64,000 nucleotides of DNA from Epiperipatus broadwayi (taxonomy: Eukaryota > Animalia > Onychophora): assembly GCA_028023455.1 (NCBI GenBank), contig JAQFVV010000003.1, positions 24,924,001 through 24,988,000 of the forward strand, written 5' to 3'. Both the position numbers and the translations under genes were made by a program. Of this stretch, positions 52,331 through 64,000 are shown one piece after another (the stretch's first letter is position 1; every line of letters starts with the position of its first letter). The notes under the pieces are model-generated. The model worked only from the letters and a program-made list of their open reading frames with translations. It was not told where the DNA came from and did not search any database.

Positions 52331-53732
52331 GAAATAATGAAGATGAAAAGTTACGCAATTAAAGATCTATGTAGCAAACAAACATCTAGAAGTGTTTGCA
52401 CTTACTAATGTCTTGGTGTAAAAAATCACATGTATTTTTGTTTTATGAAATTACAATTTCATAAAAATGTATTTCCGATGAATTTGACTTTAGATTTTTG
52501 ATTGTTTTATCTATGCATGATGCATGTATATGAAGGTGATTAGGGATCACACATTATTTGGAATTAGTTACAATATCTAGAACAAGCTATCAATGAATAT
52601 ATAAGTGATAAAGTTGTAAAGTTATGATTTAAATGATTTTTATACATCGTAGATACATTATACTATGTCTGCAACTAACAAAGACTTGTGTATGAGCTCT
52701 CCAAAAGCATTAAAGTATCAAAAGTTCATCACCATGACTGCAATTAACTAAAATTTGTGCATGAGCCATCCAAGAGTTGTTATTCCATTGTTAGAGATTT
52801 GTAGCAATTAACAGATCATGCACAACAGCCAGATCATAAAAAATGTGACAAAGTGTTATTAAGTTCCTGCAATTAATGAGAACTTGCTAATACAAATATC
52901 TTTGACATTTTGTATTTTAGTAAAGCCATGAAACTGAGTACAGCACATGTGCATTTTTGCACAATTCGTGTGCTCCAGTAACTATTTCATGACTGTACCA
53001 ATTGAAGTCTAAACTGGTAGAATAAAATTCAAATGATCTTCAATTATATGCTCAAAGTACATGCATCTATAATAAAGCATGAGATGGTTAAAACTGTTTT
53101 GATCTACCCCATTATTTCTTGTGAAATTCCCATTCCTTATAAAAAAAAAAAAATATCAAAACATATCACCCTTATGAAATTATATTTAGCAATCCCTAAT
53201 TATGATTAGAAGTTTTAAAATTTATCCATCTTTTTATTAAAATCTCTATCTTACAATACCCAAATTAAAAAGATATGCATACAGAGTAAACAACATCTAA
53301 TATACAAGTTAATGTATTTGAACATCACACAGAGATTATAATCCCACAGTCTTGTTAAGTAGTTATCAATATTAATAATTAGAATTGTAAAACTTCATTC
53401 ACATATTAAGCATTGAAAGCAATTCATCAAATATTATCTTAATATTCTAATAATTTATGTTATTATGTGCCATCCTCAAAACAATCTAACTTTAGAATAC
53501 AAGCATAGATTTCATGCTGTAAATCGTATTATTGATAAATTGTGTAGAGTGATAAAAATTTTATCTGTAGATTTCATTGTTATGATGTTTCTACAAACTA
53601 AATTAAACCTTGAAAATCAAGCAATTTTTTACACACACACACATCTATATATCGTAAATACTTTAAATATTTTCATATTAGAAAATCATTTCTAAATTCG
53701 TATAAAAATAAGTTCAAATAAGACGTAGTTAC

Positions 53733-53804
53733 CTGTAATTGTTAATCCTAAAGGACACCCTTCCTTTTTGATTAGGTCGACAATAGCAATCCCTCGCTTT
53801 TCCT
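53733..53804 (-). CDS. GRIP1: GRIP-like coding exon, start of PDZ1 (EEKRGIAIVDLIKKEGCPLGLTIT-G)
   Basis: ttttcag acceptor and GTAACT donor; 72 bp, phase 1/1. Matches GRIP1 PDZ1 ([24 protein letters not shown]). Confidence 0.9.
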
Positions 53805-54649
53805 CTGAAAAAAATAAAACAAAATCAACTGCTTGTTAATTATTTGTAGAAATATTTGCGCTAACAACATTACAGATTCATTACTCAATGTTTAAAACAT
53901 CACTTAATGCAATATGACAAAGGTTAATTGATTTTTAACATTAATAATTCTTTACTAAATGAAGGTCAATATTCAATATACACATATATGTATGTACTAA
54001 GTAGATTATTTTAGTGGTGCTAAGAGATGCACTTAATATGTCGAAGTTCTTTGATCAATAAATCCTAAGCAATAAACTATATTATTACTATATATTATTT
54101 TTAATATAATATAGGCATATATATTTAAGATACCTAAAATCTGTAAAAACTTTGAAATTTATTATAGTTAAGAATTTTCTAGCAGGCCTATTTTTCTTCT
54201 TCCAAATCTCTAATCTATAGGCAATGCAACTAAGCATTCAATTTCTGGTTAGTAATTGTATATGTAACTATTCTAGAGAGTAAAAAAAACAACAACTGAT
54301 AACACTCTCATTACCTGACAATTGTATAGTTGATGAGTCTTGAATCATCTCCATGAAGATTGGTTAAGTGTGTTTTACTGATTAGTCTCCTTTCTCTGAC
54401 TTTAAGCATAATTTTTTTAATATTTAATCTTCATGTAAATGAAAAATGTAATACATGCAAAAAGCTAATATTAATATATAACTAGTACTAACTGTTGAAT
54501 AGCACACCTGGGTGGATCTAGATAGTATTTTTCATTAACTTTCAGAATTCACATCAAAAAGCCAGACAATTCTTAATTAAGGTAAGTTTTTTTGCTTTTT
54601 TTAAAAATAGACTAACCTACTATGTTTTTACTTGCCATTATCATGCTCA

Positions 54650-55560
54650 AACATAAGTGAATCTCCTTCAAAGTACTGTCCACTTAATGCAGTACACTGG
54701 TCTAAAGGGGTTTTTCACTTTTCAAAGTAGTCCTGAAACTCTTGCACAGAGTGATGCCTTTTAATGCTGTCATTTTTTCTTCTCCACTTCCTACTCTGCA
54801 TATCTTTTTCTTTTAAGGCATTTTTTCATTCAGGTGAATAAAAAAAAGTTGCAAGGAGTGAGATCAGGTGAATATAGTTGATGAATAAGTTGGGTCATGC
54901 TGTTTTTAATTAAAAGCTGCATCACCCTAAAAATTTTGTTTGTTGGTGCATTATCATGGTAAAGCTTGTACTTCTCATTTAGCCATAAATAGAGATGTTT
55001 TCATTTCATTTCATCACACAAACTTTTCAGAACTTATAGGTAAATAGTCTGATTGTCTTAAACAAATTTTGAGTGAACAGCAGTATTTGCATTTAAAAAA
55101 CAAAATCCACATCATCTTGGCAATGAACTTCATTTGCCACACTTTTTTGGAATGTGATGGAATTTGCCACTCTCATTAAACCACTCATAAACTTATGCTT
55201 TTCCCAGAGCTATTTGTAAGCGGTTTCATGTATTATAACTGTTTCCCTTAGCAGAAAACAGAATTTCAAGTTGTTCCAACTTTTCAACCATTACTTAACA
55301 AAAATGTTTACTACATGCATCAGGACTTCTCTTGATGAAAATGGTTGGCTGCTGATGCAGAGTGGTTTTCACAAGACATATCTAGCAGCAGAAACATGTA
55401 CTACAATGTACTCACTCTCCAGAGAATGATTCTGGCTATTTTTGGGTACCTCATATATTCAAATCTTTATTTTGTGACTATTCTTTACTGAAGAATATAT
55501 AGCATCTAGTGTTCACCGATACCTCAATTTTACAATAGTTAGCTCTGGAGTGAATAGAAT
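54650..55560 (-). mobile_element. Mariner transposase relic
   Basis: Remnants DNAP, YSPDLTPCNFFLF, FQDYFEK, GQYFEGD. Frameshifted; boundaries approximate. Confidence 0.8.
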
Positions 55561-57105
55561 AAATTACTGCTCCTAAAGTTGATGTTGAAAATAAATTAAG
55601 AAAATGAAATAATGCATTATTTGGTGTATATACTTTTCCAGTCTAATCCTGCTTCTAATATAATATAGTGATTTGTTTTAATTTTTCTAATCTCACACAA
55701 AGTTCCTTCTAAAGTGTGAAGAACTTAACACTCATAAAAAAGCGCATGCACAATAACTTGAAAAGGCTGATCTTTAATGTATTACAATATGAGATAGTTG
55801 ATCCAGTTTTTCTTATTCAGCATAAACAATCTTTTGTTTTCAGATCACTCTTGAATTTACATTTCTATTTCACAGTTTCTTTTTGTTATATCTGCATAAA
55901 CTTTTTGCTAAAGATTGTATGCTAGGCTGCAAGCTCTTCTAGTTTCCATCCTTTGGTATTAGAATGCAAACTTTTCATATCAATAGACCATTAAGATGTT
56001 TTTTTATTTTAATTGGAATAATTTATTCAGTATTTTATTCATTTGAATTTTTGATGCAGGAATATAAAAACTTTATTGTAATTTCTCTACATGCTGCAGA
56101 AATTACACATGCCATTATTGACTAAAATAAAACTTATTTAGTTACAGGATTGAGTGATATTTATTTTGATATATCTAAATTATTTAAGTATATTCCATGT
56201 GGTGTATTCCATGCATATTAATGAAGTAAAGAACTTGTTAGAATTTAAAATTTAGCTTTTAAGTATATTTTCAGGAACATTTCATGAATCAGAAAAAATT
56301 TAATGTCCATTAATTATCCAGTCTTGCAGTAGATATCTCTGTAGTTAATAAATGAAAAGAATTTTCCTTAAAAACATATGTTAAGTATATAAGCAATTAG
56401 TCATATGATATTTGCTGCTATTAGTTTAAAGTATGAGTTATATTAACATGCAATGGCAAATTACCATAGACAACAATACCTTATTATTCTGAGTGGAGAA
56501 ACCAATATACATACATTCAGTGTATTTTATTATTTTATATAATACTTAATTAGTATATACATATATTCTATTAGGAAAACAGGTTTACTGATTCATAAAC
56601 TTAATGAGTGCTGTGATCAAGCAGAAATTTCCAAAACTAATTTATTGCATCATACCAATATTAGGATTCATTAAAACATAACAGGTTTTCAGACTTTTTT
56701 TTTTGGGGGGGGGGGGGTATTTAAAACAACAAATTTTACATTTTGTTTTGCTCTTTCATCAATGCTTTTTTTATTAATATATTTCTGGCAGTTTTGACTT
56801 TACAGCAGTATTCGTTAGTCTCTCATTAGTTCTCTTCTTTTAATGAGTAAACATATAAAAAAGAACTCTGAAGAAGACTGCTGGACATTCAAAATTGTTA
56901 GAAACATCTTAATAAAAGAACATAATTAAAGTTGCAGAAGCAAATATGTAATTTGTTTTATTTTAGAATATACATGTTTATGATTTTTTTCTTCATCTAA
57001 TATTTAATTATATGGGTGCTTAAAAAGCTATTAAAATAACATGTTTTATTTTAATAAAAAGGGCTACCATATATATATATTTGAATCTGTATTTCAATAC
57101 TTTAC

Positions 57106-57192
57106 CGCTAATAAAACTGGATCTCTTATTAACTTCTGCCAAGGCCAACTCCTCTCCTGGCGCCATCTGACGAGCATAAGCACCATCTTCAT
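57106..57192 (-). CDS. GRIP1: GRIP-like coding exon (N-terminal linker: (D)EDGAYARQMAPGEELALAEVNKRSSFIS)
   Basis: Polypyrimidine-TAG acceptor and GTAAAG donor; 87 bp, phase 1/1. Splices in frame to the 53733-53804 exon. Resembles the vertebrate GRIP1 N-terminus (DESPY...ALAVRRQSIPEE) as recalled. Confidence 0.75.
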
Positions 57193-58979
57193 CTAAAAAA
57201 AAAAATACTATATTAATATAACAAAAAAATGCATATTATGTACTCACACAAATGTGTGTATATGTCTATATGTGCAAAAATAAAAATGCATACAAATATA
57301 TACATATTTACATGCGCAAGAAATTTATTCATTCAAATGTATAATATATGAGATTTTTTATAAACTCTTTAACACCAATAAAAACTAATAGTTTAAAATT
57401 AAATTATTGATAAAAACAAACATCTAGTGTCTGAAATATCCTAGTGCCTCATTGAGGATTATCAATAGCATGAAACCAGTCTGAGTTTCAATCTCAGTTG
57501 TTGATCAAATTTTAAAAAATTTAAGACATTATGTATTTTATTTTGCACAAACGTTATGTCTTAACTCAAAGTATAATCTTCCTAACATAGGACAATTCTG
57601 TCATTGTCATCATGTGGATCCCATAGCAGAATATATATAAAAAAAGGTGATATAATGTAGCTTTTTCATGAGTCTGGGAAAAGATTGGCACAATTTCAAG
57701 TATCATTTTCTTATTCTTGTTTTATTTAACAAAATAAATATAGTACTATGATATAACAGTGATAAACAATAACAGAATAAAATATAAAAAAACAAAGTAA
57801 TGGAAGAAACAGATGCACCAACATGTCTTTCAATGAACCAAAACTCATAGGGAAGTGCATTTATATATATACACACAATGAAGATTATTGTCAACAATAC
57901 TGGTATCTTGTAAGGTTTGATGCAATGGTAGACTGTTAGACTTTGGAGCTTAACATTTTTGAATTGCGACTCCAGCTCTGATATTTCATTTTACAAATTT
58001 TTAATGAACTTTAAACCAATAAATCATACAAATATTTATTTATTTAGCAACAGTGGTTTCAAGTTTTCAACTTTTATTTTTAAAAGCTATCTGTAACAAA
58101 ATGTTGCATTAACATGATGATTGTCAATAAGCAACATGATACAATAACAGAAGGGGGAAATATGGTTATTGATATAGAGCCATTCCAGAAACAAAAGAAT
58201 AGATGAAAATATGCAATTGAAATGAAGGTAACAGGATTTCAAAAACATTACATGGTACAGAAACATAATATTATAGATTTCTAAAATGGGGATGTAAAAA
58301 AAAATATTAATAATAAAAAATTTAATTTGAAATAATGGTGAGGTTTAAATGAGAGAAAAATATACAAAAATATATTGGTTGTAATTTTAAAATGAAAAGT
58401 TTTGAAATAGATTCTAGATATTATGATAAATCAAAAAAAAAAAAAAGAAGAGAAATGTATTAAATAATTGTTAGATGATTTTGAGATAATGAAAGATAAA
58501 AAATGATAAAAGATAAAAGTATGTAAAGACTCAACATCATTATTAGGATAATTTTCAACACTAAAACATTATATAAAAAAGATTTTTACATTCCTATCAA
58601 AACAAATGCAAAAGCAATATGAATGTGTTTAATATGAAATTCTTGGACTAATAAAATATCTAGTATTAAACAATGTACAATGTTTACAAAAGAAAATTTA
58701 ATTGAATAACATTATAACTTTAATTTGATCAATTAAGTTCAATTGGTTACCACCAAATATCTTGTGAAAACAATCATAATGTTTTCCTATGCAAAAAAAA
58801 TATCTCATTATGACATATTCAAATTATATAATAAAAGATAAAAATTTGATTAAAAAATGGATCTTAAAATTGGAAAAAGTGATAATTAGTTATAAATATT
58901 TTATTAAATATATTATTAATAAAAAAAAACCTCTTAAATTTTGTATGCATATCATGCATAAAACAGTAGCATTTTTTTC

Positions 58980-59245
58980 ACACACATAGTGCCACCTAAT
59001 GTAAACTGTAATAACAAATAAATGCTAGAAAGTAGTGCATTTTAGTCCCTAACCAGAACCTTTTCATCTAATAGTTTCTAGCTTATGGTTGTCATCAATA
59101 AGAAGCAGTTGATCTGGGTGCAGTGCACCTTCTAGCATCTCTTGATTACTCCATAGGTGGCAATATTATGTGGAAAATTTTGCTACTATTTTAACAACTT
59201 GTATAAGCATTATAAGCACAAGAAAAGATGGGCATGTGATTTTTT
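58980..59245. mobile_element. Decayed family B relative (minus then plus fragment)
   Basis: Minus-strand TTGATGA CAAC CATAA GCTA GAAA CTA at ~59066-59106, followed by plus-strand similarity to the family B body. Confidence 0.45.
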
Positions 59246-59676
59246 AATAATCATATAATGTATAGTATGTACATTTCATTAATGTAATTTTTTTAAAAAA
59301 ACAGTAGTTTTATATTTTACAGTCACAATTTTAAATTTAGTATGCCAGATTAATATTCAATTGAATTACAATTCACTAAATTAAAAGGAAGCATGTAAAA
59401 AAAAAAAAAAACATAGCACAATATAAATTTTTGAATTTGTCTTTGATGCACTTCATATTACATTATCATTATTTTTGATGCCAATTTTTACATTTACAAT
59501 GATAGGCATTTAGCTTGGGGAGAAATAAGAATTTCCATTGAGATGCAATTATAAATAAAAATTAATTTTAAAAATGATATTTTAAGTAATGTACATATGT
59601 TTATTTATTTCTAATGCATTTTTTAATTTCTACATAAACTATAAGTTTATTTTTAAATATATATTAAATAAAATTT

Positions 59677-59769
59677 GGTACTGGTACATTTGTGGCACCT
59701 GACTGCTTGATGGCGTTTGGCAAAAAGCAGCACCATCAAGCAGACGGGTGCTGCAAATTTACCAGTACC
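59677..59769. mobile_element. 93-bp palindromic MITE, Merlin-type signature
   Basis: Near-complete hairpin GGTACTGGTA.../...TACCAGTACC; perfect 8-bp TSD TAAAATTT (59669-59676, 59770-59777); GGTAC fits the GGNRM TIR start. Confidence 0.65.
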
Positions 59770-60284
59770 TAAAATTTATATATTTTTTGTTTTATAGATA
59801 TAATTTATATAATCCTATTATAGACTACAGCATGAAGATAATAAAAATTAGGTAAAGTCATATTTTTTTATTTATTATAATTGCACTTTATTATTAAACA
59901 TCATCTAAGTTTCTTTTGAAGTATATAATGATTAAATCTTATATAGTACTTGGGGAGGGGGTGAAATTAATTTTATGAAACTATCATTGTTTCATGACAT
60001 CATTATTCTATAATATCAATAGACTTGCAAAATGGCCACTGCTTGATAAACGGTGACTTTTTAAAAAAAATGTTGACCACACTTTTTAAAGACATTACAG
60101 TAGGTATAAATTGATGATGATCAGTACATTAAATCCTCATATAACAATTCCTCATATGCAGGGTGGGAGCAGAATTCATATGTATTGTGAAATATATGTA
60201 TTTAGAATAATCAATTCCTGCGAAACAGCCTAAAGTTCCTGACTAAGACAACCATTAAAATATAATTATAATACAAAATCAAAG

Positions 60285-60464
60285 ATAGTTCTGGCTTGTG
60301 TTATAGAATTAAGAGTTCCACATGCAGTTATTGTTTACATCTGATTGGCTGTCACATAAGCATTTTTAAAGTGCATAGTTCTGGCTTGTGTTTTAGAATT
60401 AAGAGTTCCACGTGCAATCATTCTTACATCTAATTGGCTGTAACATAAGCATTTTTAAAGCGCA
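60285..60464. repeat. Tandem duplication, 2 x 90 bp
   Basis: ATAGTTCTGGCTTGTG...CATTTTTAAAG at 60285 and 60375, with several substitutions. Confidence 0.9.
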
Positions 60465-60619
60465 TCTGCTGAATATTTAAGCCTTTCACATTATTACTAT
60501 GCGTCAACTTCTTGCATTTAATAAATTTAATATATTTACATTTGTTAAAATCAAAAATATAAAAATACATATAAACTACTATAACACCACATAATAGTCA
60601 TTTTTTATGCTTACACAAT

Positions 60620-60830
60620 CTGTTAAGCACAGTAGCAACTTTCTTCATATAATAATGTCAATTAGTACAAAACATAGTAGTCAATGAATGACAGAAGGTT
60701 AATACAACAAAATCTCTATCTAGTGCCTATTTATCCAATAGCTCCAATCTAGTTCCTAGCTTATGGTTTCATCGACGAGGAGCCTTGGATCTGAAAGCAC
60801 TGTGTCTAGATCTTTTGTTCTAATGCATTC
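60620..60830 (-). mobile_element. Decayed family B copy
   Basis: TAGTGCCTATTTATCCAATA...GAGGAGCCTTGGATCTGAAAGCACTG matches 44838-44910 and 44480-44520. Hammerhead core mutated. Confidence 0.6.
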
Positions 60831-62739
60831 AACTAACATCTATTGATTACTATTTATTGATTCCTTTTTTTTCTTTTTTGTAAGATGTAAATGCATTGTT
60901 TTAAAATTTGTGGACTTATTGTTCAGTGATGATCTCAAAGCTAATCTGACCTGATCATCTACAGATTAGAATTTTCCAAAATGTTATAATCAAAAATGCC
61001 CTGTGTCTGATGGGGTTTTTTGTGCTACAGCTGTTCTGCTGTAAAAATTTGCAAATCATTGATTTAGCCATAATATATTCAGAGATTTTATTTCCTTGCT
61101 GGAAAATTATTAATTTTTTTGATGCTACATTTTAAATCTGTTTCTATCTCAGTAAAATTAAAATCAATCTTGTAACACCTTAAATAAATTTATGTAAATA
61201 AAAATCACTTTACTTATGCTTTCTTACTTGGAAATTTTTTATTCTAATTGCTTTTCAGAAACATTTGCAATATCTTGCACACATACATTGTGTCAGCCAA
61301 TGATAGTATATCAGAGCATTTTCTTTTTTTGATATTACAATGTTTTTATTTGAAAATTTTTCTTGTATGCAACAAAATAATTCAAAAGAATAATACAGTA
61401 TATTTTCATTAATATATGCAAAAACAATTTAACAAACTAAATTGCTATCTTAATTTTTACAACAGATGGCAAAGGTATCTTCCAAAGTAATATTTGTCTT
61501 TATTGTGCAAATCTAAATTTAGTGAGAAAAAGTGTTTGAACAATTTGTTTGCAATAGAAGCCTTCAGTGAAACATGCCTCAATATTATTATAAGTTTTAG
61601 ATAATTAGTTTTTAATTAAAATGTATTACCTGATTTAACTTTAAAATGTTAAACATGGCTTGTAATCTAAAATGAAACAATGACTTCAGATGATACAAAA
61701 AAACTTGCAATTCTTTCATCAGTAATAACAACAAAAAAATGAGTTAATGTTATTGTAAAAATTAATAATTGCCAAACAAGAAACTAACTGACTAAATAAA
61801 GCAATTCTTAATTAATTCTAAGCATTCCTAATGAAATTTAATGTTAAGATGAAATACTGAGATTAAAAAGTTTATTTTATATCATTATGAAAGAGGTAAA
61901 TTGTCAGTTCTTATTAAAAATTATTAAAACTTTAATATGAATGGATTTACAGTATGAATATGTTTATACATGGATAATATTATTAAATGATAACCAGCAT
62001 ACTTATATGAGTGTTATATAAAACTGTTTCTCCTTGGATGAAATCTGAAGATCTTTATACTGATAACTAAAGATTAGATATGTCATATTTGAAGACATTA
62101 ATTTAGCTTTGCAATCAAGGAAACATGCACACACATGTATGTGAGTCTGGATATGATAACTACTACATATTTTCATAGTGTATATATTATAATATGAAAA
62201 TGTATAAATATTGTATTTTAGATGTGCGAATGAATATTTCCAGCTCCTCACTGCTAAATTTGATAATAGTATTATCAAATGATTATATTATATCTTCAGT
62301 ATGTTATGAATGTAATACAATATAAAATGGCTAATTCTTCCATAAAGTAAGAAGTTCATATAGATATGATTAATATTAGTCTTAAGTCTATAAAAGATTT
62401 GGTTTTATAATTAAAAAAAAATGGTTGTGAAATACTTAAAACCTAAAAATATCATAAACATTAGTTTATTCAATGCTTTTCTCTATTTATTCCACTGCTA
62501 TCATATGAAATTTAAATAGAGTGATACTAGATATTAATTTAATAATTATTACTATTCCAGTATCTACTGATTACTCAAGCTTACAATAGATCGCAGCAGT
62601 GGAATAGAATGATTAAAGAATTTTTCCCTAATATATAATATACTCCATTTATAATAGCTTACAAACCAGAACAACTCTTCCTATTAATAGTGTAATGGAA
62701 TATTAATATTCTGCATAAAAACAACCAATTTTCTATTTA

Positions 62740-63700
62740 ACACAGAATTCTTCCAACAAAATTGTCACCCTTGATTAGCAATATTTACATGAAAGAACTT
62801 GAAATCACAGCCATAAATACTACTCCATATCCACCTAAACTTTGGCTTCGCTATATAGATGATACATTTGTTGTACAGTCACATGGTAGAGCACTACTAC
62901 AAAATTTCTGGAAACACATCAACAACATATTGCCTTTAATTAAATTCACAATAGAATCAAAACAAAAACAAAAATGGTCATTCTTAGATGTTCTTGTGAC
63001 AAAACTCCCTCATGGCAAAATCAAAGCTACAGTTTACCGAAAATCCACACATAGAAAAATACAGCCTATACATCCAATTACATCAGAAACACAAAACATG
63101 GAGTTATACTATCACTATGGAACAGAGCAAAAGAAGTTTGTTCAGAAACCAGTGATTTGAAAAAAGAAAAGATCTATATAGAATAAACTCTTTGGTTATC
63201 CATTAGTTGTTATTACAAAAACCTTAAATAGACAAACAAAAAGAACCATAAAAAAAAAAAAATTATTTATACTGTACATACCAAAAATAGCAGGCAAATT
63301 AAGGAAAATCTGTATATCAGTATAACATCAGAACAGCTTTCCTGAGCCATACCACACTACAAGGATTACTAACATCTACAAAGCCTAAACTTGAAATGCT
63401 GAAAAGAAAAACTGCATTTATGAAATACCATGTGAATGTGAAAGAACATATGTTTGTGAGGCCAGTTGTTCTATTGAAAAGCATTTGCAAAAATTACAAA
63501 CTGATGATTAGAAGAGAGAAAACAGATGTGTCTAAGGTAGTAGCCTATGTAAGTACCAATGAAAATATGTTTAATTGGAAAAATACAAAAATTTTGGATA
63601 GAGAAGAAAAGATACAAAGAAGAAAATTTAAAGAAGCTGCTCACATGATAATGACAAACAATCTCATAAGTCAGCTGTGTAACTATATATAACATATGAA
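62740..63700 (+). mobile_element. Penelope-like element relic (RT C-terminal half + GIY-YIG region)
   Basis: SPLISNIYMKELE, WLRYIDDTF, IKFTIE, FLDVLV, VYRKSTH; then NWKNTKILDREE..RRKFKEAAHM. Frameshifted. Confidence 0.85.
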
Positions 63701-64000
63701 AACCACTAATCAATTCTACTCTTAGAAAAAGATGGAGAAATCAGGAGAAACCTCATATAAGTATATGAAATTTCTACTCACAGTTGCCTTTGTCAGGATT
63801 GCTCAGTTGGTTAGAGTTTTAACGGTCAATGAAAAGAGCCTTAAACGTATCCGCACTACACGGGCAACCATCTAGGCATTTGAACCTAGAAAAATTTATA
63901 TAGTAGGCAGATATGTAAGTTAAGATTCAAAAAATTTTCTTATATATATATTATTCTGACCGTTTGCCCAAGGTCACTAGCTCATAGAGTAGCAGAGATT

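Noticed and set aside
63797-63890. GCTCAGTTGGTTAGAG A-box and an opposite-strand B-box
   Set aside because: The boxes are on different strands and no cloverleaf forms; probably SINE scraps.

Overview
AT-rich (roughly 25-30% GC by eye), strongly CpG-depleted eukaryotic DNA. It looks like an arthropod, possibly a chelicerate; that is inference only. The host gene is a GRIP (glutamate receptor-interacting protein, multi-PDZ) homolog on the minus strand. Six GT-AG coding exons (57106-57192, 53733-53804, 39165-39228, 11394-11539, 11054-11216, 8058-8203) splice in frame and encode the N-terminal linker, PDZ1 and PDZ2; the gene continues beyond both window edges. Everything else is intron, packed with mobile elements: one intact RTE LINE (995-aa ORF, 10-bp TSD), RTE, CR1-like and Penelope relics, mariner, Tigger, hAT and Merlin-type elements, a solo-LTR-like insert and a very young 101-bp tRNA-derived SINE. 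The most notable result is a hand-folded set of self-cleaving ribozyme motifs. (i) A complete HDV/CPEB3-like double pseudoknot lies at the RTE 5' end, with its predicted cleavage site 2 nt from the TSD. (ii) Two non-coding repeat families with ~450 and ~475-nt monomers each carry a type I hammerhead with a palindromic helix III and occur as circularly permuted, tandem and inverted, TSD-flanked insertions (retrozyme-like). One of them also carries a tRNA-like module 3' of the ribozyme. (iii) A third family (~365-nt monomer) has the same architecture but no ribozyme that I could recognise. All structures are manual predictions; none is experimentally or computationally verified.
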